Positions 25,878 through 38,127 of a DNA stretch of 64,000 nt are shown in pieces. Numbering within the stretch: position 1 is the stretch's first letter; each line of letters begins with the position of its first letter. Origin of the DNA: Yuukianura sp. NJ FZ-2021 (Eukaryota); the NCBI GenBank assembly GCA_046563655.1, contig CM102285.1, positions 4,836,001-4,900,000 on the forward strand, given 5' to 3'. The position numbers and the translations under genes are program-made. Below the pieces are notes generated by a model. The model saw only the letters and a list, made by a program, of their open reading frames with translations, had not been told where the DNA came from and made no database searches.

Positions 25878-26701
25878 GTTGGTTTTAACATTAAATGATG
25901 CAGTAAATCCACCTTCGTTTAGCAAAAACCAAACCTTGCTTCAAAATGCGCATCGAAGAGTTGTGAGATCAGGGAATTCTAGTATAAGAGGAGAACTTAG
26001 CTTTCCTCTGTCTTCACTAAAATTATGCTCTCGACCGATATGTTGAAGTACAATTCAAATCCGTTCAATTTCAGTACATTTGGTAAACAATTTAAATAAG
26101 AGTGCAAAGCCTCGCGTACAAAACGATTGCAAAAGCTGCGGAAAATGTAAAGTAAAGGAAAATTTAAGTGTTGAGTTTAGAAAAACATTAAAAAACCGCA
26201 GAAAATTCCGGTACTAAGGTTTGGGCCCCTTCGTAACCCTCCGCGCTACAACTTGACACAAAATTGTCAACATTTCGGGTAAGCGCTTTGAACCGTAGAT
26301 ACAAGTAGGCAAAAGTTGCTAAAGACTTAAATTATATTCGGTGAGTTACAATGTAGATGGTAATGGCAATGTTTACGATTGCGGAAGTGAGTGAAAGAAA
26401 AGTAACTAAAACGTAGTCCCATAGTCCCCATCCACCTTTACGGTACAAATGTACGGTTTTGAGAACAATGTAGAACTAATAAAATATGAAACTACAGCCA
26501 AGTCGTGATATCTGATCTGCGAAGGGGATTCTATATCAGATTTCGGTATCGTCGGATCAGATCGTAACAACCGAGATATATTACGTTCTTAATGTACTGG
26601 CAGTGGCAGTGTCAGACCGAAGCGTAATGTAAGTTGTTTTTGAAACGGACATTTCAAAACAGATAAATGTGGATATAAATTCTACGTAGAATAAACTATA
26701 C

Positions 26702-28095
26702 CTGTAGTATTGCAGGCTGTATCCGAGATGAGCTGAGCTCCAAAATCAACTGCAAAAATTCATATTAGTTTAGTACCACGGATTAACCATCGAAGTTTGA
26801 AATGTCTATATTTGATGTTTTAGAAATGTTCATATGAGCCTTAACTAAACGATTAATAGCTACATTAAGAAGGGGGTAGGCGAAAACACCTGCGCCCTGT
26901 TAAATTGCTTTCTATTCGAGCATAAATGACTAAAATAAGAAGAAAAAAAACACTTACCACCACCAATAAGGATATCTGTGTGGTGATTGACAAAATGGCG
27001 ACGGAGACGTTCAATTTTCGGACTAACGACAGTGCCGCAAATCTTGCATTGGGCTCCAATTGTTTTAAGGCCTGATGCTGATTCCCCTCCTGGGCCATAT
27101 AAAAGTTGAAAATATGACCAAATCAAGGCCTTCTTACCCTCTGGGTCTTTTTTCATTGTTAGCTCAGTCAAGGACTTGGCAGCAGCCGGAACTGGTGCCA
27201 CTTTTCTTAATTTTTTTGCTACCGCATCCAGCTCGCTTCTGACCGCAGGCATTTTCGTCGCTTCTTTACTGGCAAGAAAACGTTCCTCTAAAAAAAACCA
27301 ATCAAATCATTCAATTGATTGATTGATAAAATAAAACAAATTTCTTTATTTACAGATTTAACAAATTTGTATCGTAACGTATGCTTGTGTTTTACCAGTT
27401 TCTTTGTCTGCAAGCTCCGCATGATTCTCCAAAATGTGACGCCTGAGTCGCTCCACCTTCGGACTAACAATTTGTTGGCATGCTTTACATCTAACCTTTG
27501 GAACATTTAATGCGTTCTCTCCTTTCATAATAAGGGATTCAAAATGGTTCCAAACGGCACCTCTGGAACGCCTAGAAGATCCTGTGGCATGGAAGTCATC
27601 GCTGGGATAGGACTCCAACTTTCGACGAGATGCTCGTAAGGTTCGCTCAGAATTGTCTGAAAATATGAATAACATGGTTTCAGTTTGCTTCAAATCTAAA
27701 TTCCGCCAGTTTTTCCATCGTCATTGAAATTATTCAACATGAACTAATGGCTCCATGCCGTTGGTTCAAATTGCTTCGAAGACAAAAGTTTCTAAAAAAA
27801 AAACACTTCCAAAAAACCTAACGTATACATATAGAAACAATATCTTTAGAAACTATTCGCCTCTAGAACTTAAGGCAATTCCGAACTCTAATAATCTGCA
27901 AAATACATGAAATAGTATATATAGAGTAATGGCATGGTTAAGAAAGTTACTTACCAGCGCAGTACTCAACATCAGCTGAGGTAATTTCCGAATTCTGCTC
28001 AGGCTCAGCTTTGAATTCGGCGTTATGTTCAGACATACCGATAATGTGTGAATTTCGTGATATTGTGCCAGGATGCAGTGACTCTTCTCCAAGAT
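26702..28095 (-). CDS. BED zinc-finger exons (two intact BED fingers); separate gene or 5' part of the ZAD-ZNF gene
   Basis: Open phase-1 exons ~27956-28095, ~27396-27656 (AVWNHF...VRCKAC..VSPKVERLRRHILENH), ~26959-27267 (IWSYF...AQCKIC..VSPKIERLRRHFVNHH), ~26702-26749. Confidence 0.75.
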
Positions 28096-28500
28096 CTAAT
28101 CAATTGGTTTTAATTATTAGATGATTACTGTGAATCCTATAAATTGCGTAACAGTCCAAAAAATCTTTAAATGTTTTAGTCTTAGACGCCTATTGGTGTC
28201 TAAAGGCTGAAACATTTGAGGGTTTGAGGTCCTCTATTTGGGTTACGGAATAACTGAAATGTGACATAGCGTGCAGACAAATCTTAGCAGCGCGTTCCCA
28301 CCGCAGTCTACTTATTTTCAGAACAAGAGCTGAAACGTGGACTACCTCTTTAGCCTCGCTAGAAAATATGTCAGTACCTGAGTCAGTGTCAGTACCATTT
28401 AAGGCCTGATTATTATGTTCATAATGTTGGATATGTTTTGCAAACCATGACATGATATAAGTCCGCATAATATTCCATGCAATTGTTGTGCAAATACTTA

Positions 28501-28782
28501 CAACTTAAACTGCTCGTACAACTTATTTCCAACAGTTCAGGACGATTACGATGAATATGGTCTCGAATTCTGTCGATATTCCGAATGACAGATTTTCTGA
28601 AACAGTGCATACAGCGGGTAGATGGCCCTATTTCTTGTTACAGTCACTTCACTTGAAACGAAAGTAATTCCACTGCCATTCTTTTGTTCCTTTACCTCAA
28701 ATGCAAACCTTTCCCTTTGCTGGTTTAGTTTGGGAGCAATTCATTTCTATCTTTTGCAACCACGGAATGTCAATTCCATACT
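28501..28782 (-). pseudogene. Decayed BED-finger exon
   Basis: Bounded by AG/GT; reads KVCI*GKGTKEWQWNYFRFK*SDCNKK* then, after a frameshift, PSTRCMHCFRKSVIRNIDRIRDHIHRNRPELL: three stops, one frameshift, last His replaced. Confidence 0.6.
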
Positions 28783-29978
28783 CTGAAATAAAAAACAACA
28801 AATTACATATTATTATTACAGTACGTTGCTTTTCTCCAACACAATTATAGAAGTGACTTAATTAAACCGCGCAATAACGGGAAGTCAATGCTTACTCTTA
28901 CTTCAGCCGCGGACTACAGTGATCTTCAAGTCATCTTCGCCCATTCATTCCTCACAACTGTTGTGAAGTCCAACATTGTCGATCTAACCCTAAACCCTTC
29001 AAAAGATCGGAATTATGACTTAAGGTAACATTTATGTTTAATGTTTTCTAATTAGGGGTTGGATGACTCTCAAATTGAGTAGTTAAACAAATACTGGGGT
29101 AGATTGGTGTAAGTGTCAAGCTGTGAAAATACAGCGATGTTTGGCTTGTTTTACTGAAACTGTGAAAGCGAAACAGTGTTTGTGTGTTCTCTTGTTTTGA
29201 ACATACCTTAGGTACTTGGTTACTTACTACTAATAAACTTGTCGGTGGAATAGTCAGTCACTCAAGATCGCAAACCTCGTGGGTCCTGACTAAAAGTCTG
29301 CGATCGCAACTTTCTGGGTTGCAACTTTCTGGATTGAAACTTTCTGGATTACAACTTTCTGTATGCCAACTTTCTGGATGACAACCGTCTGGAATGCAAC
29401 CGTCTGGAAGACTATGGTCTGGATGACAATCGTCTGGATGAGAATTGTCTTTACGAAAACCGTCTGGATGACGATCGTATGGATGAGAATCGTCCGTATG
29501 AGATCGTCTGGATGAGAAGCGCCAGGATTAGAATCCTCTGGACGAAAATCGTCTGGATAAGAATCATCTGGATGAGAATCGTTATTATTATAATAAATAT
29601 TACATTGATATCTACTTAGCATTAAAGGCACGGGAAAATCAATAGAAATTTCGCAATTAATATGAAGAAGCCCAGAATACTGATTTCACTCACATTACGA
29701 GCAAGGAGGCTAAATATTTTTTACATATATATTTATGAGACAAAACTCCCTTCATTGTTCACAAGTTTTTAATCCGTTGCCACGGAAACAATTTGAAGGT
29801 TATCTTACTTTCAAAATAAACTCATTGTAAATTGAACGGTTTCTTCGTGGAACAATTTTTCCCTAAAATTCACCATAATGAACCAAGGTAAATAGAATAA
29901 TGAACAAACTCTACTTTCGAAGTGTGTAAGGTTTTCGTGCTCCTCACTGTATAATCTTGTGTAATGCTGAGTTCATAC

Positions 29979-32815
29979 TGTAGTGAAAAAGGCCTTTTAG
30001 GCCTAAAATAAAAAGAAACAACACACTACAAAGTTTGTTTTGCCTTCCGTGGTGGAAGGTAGAAATGAACTTTTTATTCAAAGTTAATATGAAAAATGAA
30101 AAGACAGTTTGACCTCGCAGAGGTCAAACTGTCGAGTAGTAAAGGGCACTCTGTTCCAAGCGGAGCAGAGGCAAGAAGTGGAATGAATTTTTGTACAGGC
30201 AGGGCTGGGTCCTTTTATAGGGCCCCAGCCGGAAACCACAGGAGTTACAAGTTACTCCTAATTATCATATTTGTCAAGTAAAGTCTATTTTTACACACAA
30301 TGTCAGTGACCTAACTAGTACAATCCGGTTTCTAGTTTACATTTTTACAAAAAGACAAAAGATACTAATTAGAAGATTTGCATGTTTCGATTATGTGAAG
30401 TTGGAGTCGCGCTGAGTTGGAACGGTCATTTCATGACATTCCTCCCTCCTGAGAGTAAGAACTCTCCTGAGTTCGTTCGGAGTTTGACATGGAGGGAGTC
30501 CAGTGCATCAGCGGGCTCCAAGTTCACCTAAAAAAATAAAAATAAAATTAAGTAAAATTGAAAAATTATGAAAAGAAAAATGCATAAAAAGAAATTTTGT
30601 ATTATGGGGTCAAAGGTCAAGGGACAGCCTTTTGCAAATTGCAAAAGGTCAAAGGACAACTTACCGGACATACCGTGGTGTACTCACCCATTGTCAACTT
30701 TTGTCCCAAGACTGTTCCGAAGGTTCGATGACCTTGTGGTTTACTGAAAAATTTTTTTTTTCTTCTTTTTGAAATTTTGAATTTTTGAGATGACACGAAT
30801 TTAAATCTTCAACAGCATTTTGTTTAAAAACAAGTTTATTTTTCACAAAAAGACAAATGACACACACCATTTAACTCTGCAGTTCGATCGCTTTCGTCGA
30901 CTGCTTTTTTGAGCAAATTTTATGGCGGCTCATCATCGAATCGTGATTTTGGTTTTGAATTCAAATAAATGCAATTAAATTTTTGTTTTTGGATTACTTG
31001 GGTTATTTTGGTTGGGATGCATTCTGCCCAACTTTTAAATAACCTCAGAGGTAATTTAGATGGCATTATTACTAGTACTTGAATTTGCAATAACTTTGGA
31101 TTTTCCCGCAGTTTCAACAAATCTCAGAGGTTAATTTTCGCACTGAAAATCTTTCTTTAACATGTATTTGTGAAACTGGGGTTAACATTTAACATCCTCA
31201 GTTATTAACAAATTTCAGCGGTAATTTAATACCAAATGTGTAATTTTAATGAATTTTCTGGTTTTGTTTATCCGAGTCTGTAGAAATTAGCAATGCCTTC
31301 ATATCCCTCCATTGTATTTTGGACCCTACATTTTGAGTCCTCAACTGGATTTTTGGGCTTTAGGTCAATTGCTTTTAAAAAAAAACAAGACTGGGCAAAC
31401 TTACCAGTTTTGATTGAATCGGTTTGAATTTCGACAAATATCAGTTTAATTTTGAATTAGAATGAGACTTTACGAAGTATTCCAACTTCTGGAATTGTTT
31501 TATCAACAGTTTTCATGTTGATTGTGAAAAGTTCGGAATATTTTTAGCCAAGGGTCATTGTGCCCTTGCATGTTTTTGTCAATTTTGAGTCAAATATTTT
31601 TGAGTTGCAAATTTACTTAAATCAGATGATTTGCATTTCACCTGACAAAGTTGACATAAATTGTGTTTGGTATTTGAGTTTTGTTCTGAATTGTAACAAA
31701 ACTTACAAAAAAAAGTTTTTTTTTTTTTTTTTGTGCGGGGTCAATTGGGGTCACTGCAATGCTAAATGCATTGCATACCCTCCCCTCTTTGTTTAACATG
31801 AATTTTGAAAATTTGACCTCATCGGGGTCAAAAAGAATTATTTTTGATTTGACCTTTCTCAAGGTCAACATGATTTTTCAAAATTAAATTTTTCATGAAT
31901 TCTTTTTTGTGGTCGATTTGACCTTTGATTTTCAACATGATTTTTTTGTAAAAATAAAAATTTAACCTTACGTGACTTGGTCAGACGCATTGACCTTTTC
32001 AAGGTCAAAATGATTTTTTGTAAAAATAATTTTTTTTTTATTTTATGCCTGACCTTACGTGACCTTTCAGAGGACAACGTAATCCTTCAGGACTTCTGTT
32101 CCTGAATTTCTGTGACCAAAGGTCACTAATTCAGTGCATTCACCCCTCCATCACAAGATGAAGGTTTGGATCAGCATTTTTGCTGTCCAAAGCACTATTG
32201 GTGCATGTGCACCCACCTCAGGTCAACAGGTCAACGTTCTTTCGCTTTGCCTCACGAAGAGGCACAGAACGGACCACCGCCATGAGGTTAATTCCTGGGT
32301 CAACACAAGTGTTGACCCAGAGGTCATTGGTTCGAAAAACATTTCGTCCACCATTTGTAGTGAAAAAGGCCTTTTAGGCCTAAAATAAAAAGAAACAACA
32401 CACTACAAAGTTTGTTTTGCCTTCCGTGGTGGAAGGTAGAAATGAACTTTTTATTCAAAGTTAAATGAAAATGAAAAGCACAGTTTGACCTCGCAGAGGT
32501 CAAACTGTCGAGTAGTAAAGGGCACTCTGTTCCAAGCGGAGCAGAGGCAAGAAGTGTAATGATTGTTTGTACAGGCAGGGCTGGGTCCTTTTATAGGGCC
32601 CCAGCCCGGAAACCACAGGAGTTACAAGTTACTCCTAATTATCATATTTGTCAAGTAAAGTCTATTTTTACACACAATGTCAGTGACCTAACTAGTACAA
32701 TCCGGTTTCTAGTTTACATTTTTACAAAAAGACAAAAGATACTAATTAGAAGATTTGCATGTTTCGATTATGTGAAGTTGGAGTCGCGCTGAGTTGGAAC
32801 GGTCATTTCATGACA
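29979..32815 (-). mobile_element. Non-autonomous LTR retrotransposon (Gypsy-like TSD, no intact ORF)
   Basis: Near-identical 460-bp TG...CA LTRs 29979-30438 and 32356-32815; 4-bp TSD ATAC; minus-strand PPT AGGAGGGAGGAA (30439-30450); PBS-like TGGTGGA next to the 5' LTR; minus-strand TATAAAA and AATAAA in the LTR. Confidence 0.93.
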
Positions 32816-32819
32816 ATAC

Positions 32820-35800
32820 ATACATTGCCGTTGTTCTTTCTATTGTTCTTTCCGCTTTACTGTCAAACGTTTTTGGAACGTTTCGAGCAAAAAAAATGTT
32901 TACGCGAAGGGTCCCCCTTCCAGTTTTTTTGAAATTCTGGAGAAAAATTTTCTAGTGTCAGAGGTCAACGCAAAGAAAAATTGGGGAAATGTTTGTGTTT
33001 TCCGACCTCAGGGATAGGTCATAGGGCCATAATACATAGGGCAAAAAAATGGGAAAGACTATTCCGCTGATCCGCTGATTGGATTCCGCTGATTGATTGC
33101 CACTGGGACAATTCAAGTGGGAAGTCCACCAAATCCACAAAAACCTCATTAGAATCGCTCCAGCGTCATCGCTGGGTAGTGGGAAATGCAAAAATCTTGT
33201 GGGAAGTGGGCCCCACCAGGTGGGAAATTTCGGTTAGGGTGGCCAAAACTTCCAGGATTCTTGACGCATTGACATGAAACCCACAAAAACCAACTCCACC
33301 AGGAAGGACACTTCCGTGGAGGATGTGGGAAATGAAAGAATCAGGTGGGAAGTGGGTCCCACCGGGTGGGACTTTTCGGTTTCGGTGGCCAAAACTTCCA
33401 GGATTCTTGACGCATTGACATGAAATTCACAAAAACCCACTTCTTATGAAAGTTGCCGTCCGTGGAGGATGTGGGAAATTCAAAAATACGGTGGGAAGTG
33501 GGTCCCACCGGGTGGGAAATTCCGGTTTGGGTGGCCAAAACTTCTACGTTTCAAGGTCAATTCACCTAAAACCTACAAAAACCAACTCAATTTGAAGGCA
33601 AACGTTCCTGGAGGAGGTGGGAAATTCAAAAATCCGGTGGGATCAACCGGGTGGGAACTTAAGGTGTGGGTTGCCAAACATGTACGCAGGTTGTTCCAAC
33701 GATACGAAATGCAGAAAAACAACCTCTATTTGGTAATACGCATCAGCGTAAGTGGTGGGAAAATCGAAAATCCGATGGGAAGTGGTACCCACCAGGTGGG
33801 ACTTTTCGGTTTTGGTGGCCAAAAGTTCCAGAGTTTTGCAGTGATTGACATGAGACTACCAAAACATAGTTCCACTAGTCAGTAGACATGGCTGGAGGAT
33901 GTGGGAAATGAAAAAATATGGTGGGAAGTGGGACCCACCAGGTGGGACTTTTCGTTTTTGGTGGCCAAAAGTTCCAGAGTTTTGCAGTGATTGACATGAA
34001 ACTACCAAAACATAGCTCTACTTGTCAGGACACATGGCTGGAGGAAGTGGGAAATGAGAAAATCGGGTGGGAAGTGGGACCCACCAGGTGGGCACTTGCG
34101 GTTTACGTGGCCAAAACTTCTAGGAATTTTTACGAATTGACATGAAACTACCAAAACATAGCTCCACTTGTCAGGACACATGGCTGGAGGAAGTGGGAAA
34201 TGAAAATATCTGGTGGGAAGTGGGACCCACCAGGTGGGACTTTTCGGTGTTGGTGGCCAAAAGTTCCACAGTTTTGCAGTGATTGACATGAAACTACCAA
34301 AACATAGCTCTACTTGTCAGGGCACATGGCTGGAGGAAGTGGGAAATGAGAAAATCGGGTGGGAAGTGGGACCCACCAGGTGGGCACTTGCGGTTTACGT
34401 GGCCAAAACTTCTAGGAATTTTTACGAATTGACATGAAACTACCAAAACATAGCTCCACTTGTCAGGACACATGGCTGGAGGAAGTGGGAAATGAAAATA
34501 TCTGGTGGGAAGTGGGACCCACCAGGTGGGACTTTTCGGTGTTGGTGGCCAAAAGTTCCACAGTTTTGCAGTGATTGACATGAAACTACCAAAACATAGT
34601 TCCACTAGTCCGTAGACATGGCTGGAGGATGTGGGAAATGAGAAAATATGGTAGGAAGTGGGACCCACCAGGTGGGCACTTGCGGTTTACGTGGCCAAAA
34701 CTTCTAGGAATTTTTACGAATTGACATGAAACTACCAAAACATAGCTCCACTTGTCAGGACACATGGCTGGAGGAAGTGGGAAATGAAAATATCTGGTGG
34801 GAAGTGGGACCCACCAGGTGGGCACTTGCGGTTTAGGTGGCCAAAATTTCCAGGAATTTTTACGAATTGACATGAAACTACCAAAACATAGCTCCACTTG
34901 TCAGGACACATTCCTGGATAAAGGTTCCTTCTAAATCATTTTTTATCTTTATTGTTAGTTTTATTTATTTTACACACACAACTTATAAAACTAATCGATG
35001 TAACGTCAATGTTTAACAAGTAATAAGCACTAATTACAACAAAATTCAAAAATTGCAATTATCTTACTGCCCTTTGCAGCGACACTATTAGGTATTACTA
35101 TCAGGGATGCACTCGTTCCCTGTGCCCGGGTACCCGCACACCCGGTTGGTGTGTGCTATGGTGATTTTTGTTGTTAGGTTAGGTACTACCTAACCTACCC
35201 TTTTATTAGTTCCAAACGGTGGAAATGGCCACCTAATCCGCAGGTGCCCACCTGGTGGGTCCCACTTCCCACCGGAGTTTTTCATTTCCCACTTGCTCCA
35301 GCCATGTGAACTGACCAGTGGAACCATGTTTTGGTAGAGTGATGACAATTCGTCAAAAACCGTGGAAGTTTTGGCCACCTAATCCGTAGGTGCCCACCTG
35401 GTGGGTCCCATTTCCCACCGGATTCTTTCATTTCCCACTTGCTCCAGCCATGTGCACTGACCAGTGGAACCATGTTTTGGTAGAGTGATGACAATTCGTC
35501 AAAAACTCTGGAAGTTTTGGCCATCTAAACCGTAAGCGCCCACCTGGTGGGTCCCACTTCCCACCCGATTTTTTCATTTCCCACTTCCTCCAGCCATGTA
35601 TCCTGACAACTGGAACCATGTTTTGGTAGTTTCATGTGAATCAGTCAAAAACCGCGGAACTTTTGGCCACCTAAACCATAAGGGCCCACCTGGTGGGTCC
35701 CACTTCCCACCCGATTTTTTCATTTCCCACTTCCTCCAGCCATGTCTACTGACTAGTGGAACTATGTTTTGGTAGTTTCATGTGAATCCGTGAAAAACTC

Positions 35801-37020
35801 TGGAAGTTTTGGCCACCTAAACCGTAAGTGCCCACCTGGTGGGTCCCACTTCCCACTCGATTTATTCATTTCCCACTTCCTCCAGCCATGTGCACTGACA
35901 AGTGAAACTATGGTTTGGTAGCTTCATGTCAATGCGTCTAAAACTCTGGAAGTTTTGGCCACCTAAACCGGAATTCCCCACCTGGTGGGTCCCACTTCCC
36001 ACCGGGTTTTCAATTTTCCCACCATCGCCTCGGATGGGTATTACCAAATAGAGTTTCCTTTTCTAAATTTTGTGTCGTTGCAACAACTGGCGTACATGTT
36101 TGGCAACCCATACCTAAAGTCCCCACCCGGTGGGTCCCACCGGATTTTTGAATTTCCCACCTGCTCTACGAGCGTGTAGTTTTAAATTGAGTTGGTTTTT
36201 GTAGGTTTTAGGTGAATTGACCTTGAAACGTAGAAGTTTTGGCCACCCAAACCGGAATTTCCCACCCGGTGGGACCCACTTCCCACCGTATTTTTGAATT
36301 TCCCACATCCTCCACGGACGGCAACTTTCATAAGAAGTGGGTTTTTGTGAATTTCATGTCAATGCGTCAAGAATCCTGGAAGTTTTGGCCACCGAAACCG
36401 AAAAGTCCCACCCGGTGGGACCCACTTCCCACCCGATTTTTTCATTTCCCACATCCTCCACGGATGTGTCCTTCCTGGTGGAGTTGATTTTTGTAGGTTT
36501 CATGTCAATGCGTCGAGAATCCTGGAAGTTTTGGCCACCCTAACCCACATTTCCCACCTAGTGGGGCCCACTTCCCACCGGATTTTGGCATTTCCCACTA
36601 CCCAGCGATGAGGCTGGAAGTATTTTAAATAGGGTTTTGTGGATTTGGTGGACTTCCCACCAGAAACCTGGATCCTGCAGCCAATCAGCGGAATCCAATC
36701 AGCGGATCAGCGGAATAATCTTTCCATGAATCTGAACAACTTTCACAAAAAAGGATCGTTTTTGAGATTGGCAGGGGTGCCCACTTCTCTTTCCGGACTT
36801 CGAAAACTTTTGAATCCAGAATTTCAAAAAAAAACTAGGAAAGGGGGATCCTGGGGTCAAAAAAAATTATTTTTGCTCGAAGGTTACAAAAAGGAAAAAC
36901 GTTTGAAACATGACAAAAAGGAATTTTTTTTCAAAATATTTGACCACACAACTTGGAAAAAAGTTTCATGGCCCGATCAATGGCAATCTAACTATGACTT
37001 CTCAGCATTTTCCAGCGCTG
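32820..37020. repeat. Giant foldback palindrome with 146-bp tandem arrays in both arms
   Basis: Left array ~33110-34910 (period 146 bp, e.g. GGACCCACC at 33931, 34077, 34223), inverted right array ~35220-36660, AT-rich spacer with AGGTTAGGTACTACCTAACCT hairpin; outer unique arms also inverted. Confidence 0.92.
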
Positions 37021-37285
37021 TGAACTGATGTTGGGAATTTCGTTTTGTGACTTTCCAGCATTCTCCGCCTCCCGAGACAAAAATAATGAACACTTCAGAC
37101 GAATCAGCGGAATGGTAGGGCGAACTTCAGACTGGAGAAAAAAGGGGTAGATTTTTTTTCCCAGTTAGTTGCTTCCCAGCATTTCGCAGTGGTGGAAAGG
37201 AACAAGGAGGTCCTCACGGGAGAATTGTTTTTGTGTTTCCAGTCATTTCCCACGCCCCTGGACAAAGATATGGCCATTTCAGATA

Positions 37286-37424
37286 CCGTACACTAATTTG
37301 CTAACTGGCAAACACGGGGTCTGACTATTCCCCTCATTTTTTTCTCATTGAGTTAAAGGCGAAAAAAATTGGGTCTGGGGAATAGTCAGACCCAGAGGGT
37401 GCCAGTTAGCAGATGAGTGGACGG
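37286..37424. mobile_element. Small Tc1/mariner-type MITE
   Basis: TIR CCGTACACTAATTTGCTAACTGGCA / TGCCAGTTAGCAGATGAGTGGACGG, inner inverted repeat GGGTCTGACTATTCCCC, TA on both sides. Confidence 0.75.
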
Positions 37425-38127
37425 TAGCAGCTTCAGACTTTTAGTCAGGGCCCATCTACTTTTGACTTTGAGGTAGGAGTAGGAGCCGGATGAGTGAGTA
37501 CATGAAGTTTCGTTGATTTCTTCGCAAAGTTGATTTGTACTTCGGTAAGTGAACCTTTTACGCTGTCATTTTTCATTTACGATTGATTCAACGTTTTCCG
37601 TTAACTATGAGATTATGTCGATATCCTATCTTGTAATAGCTTCTTATCTTGACATATTATTTGACCTTGCGCTAATAGACGCTACTGAACTGAAAACGCT
37701 TTGAACTTTTATTTTAGGTTTGATTCGCTAACAACTGGTTTCGTCAGATGTCATCGTCTTTCGTCTCTGCGTTGCGGAGGATTGTACTGAGGATTCAGAA
37801 TGGATGTGGATTCAGTTATGTCGATCTGATTTACACCAAGGACTTCGTTTTGTGTGATTATTCAGTTATAAGTATAAACTTGTGACTATTCAAGTGCAGG
37901 ATTTCTCCCAATTTTATCGCATCAACTCACTCTGGGCTACGGCGTCTTTGCACTTCAAATACTTAAATGCATGAGGCATGAAGTTACACCCGGGCCCAAC
38001 CACCAGCACCCTATCAACAACATAAAACTTCAGACGTAGACTGTGCCTGGGTTTTATGCGACGTACCTCGTGCTGTCTGTTTCTTCTGTCGCCTATGCAA
38101 TAGTTCCTCCACGAATTCAGCCTATTC

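Larger units (their letters stand above)
29281..37453. mobile_element. Compound nested repeat block bounded by 20-bp inverted repeats
   Basis: GGGTCCTGACTAAAAGTCTG (29281) / CAGACTTTTAGTCAGGGCCC (37434-37453); left 15-bp CGTCTGGATGA array 29300-29580; no TSD found. Confidence 0.55.

Noticed and set aside
33234..36543. Many 60-140 aa ORFs in the palindrome
   Set aside because: They are translations of the 146-bp repeat on both strands with no domain signal.
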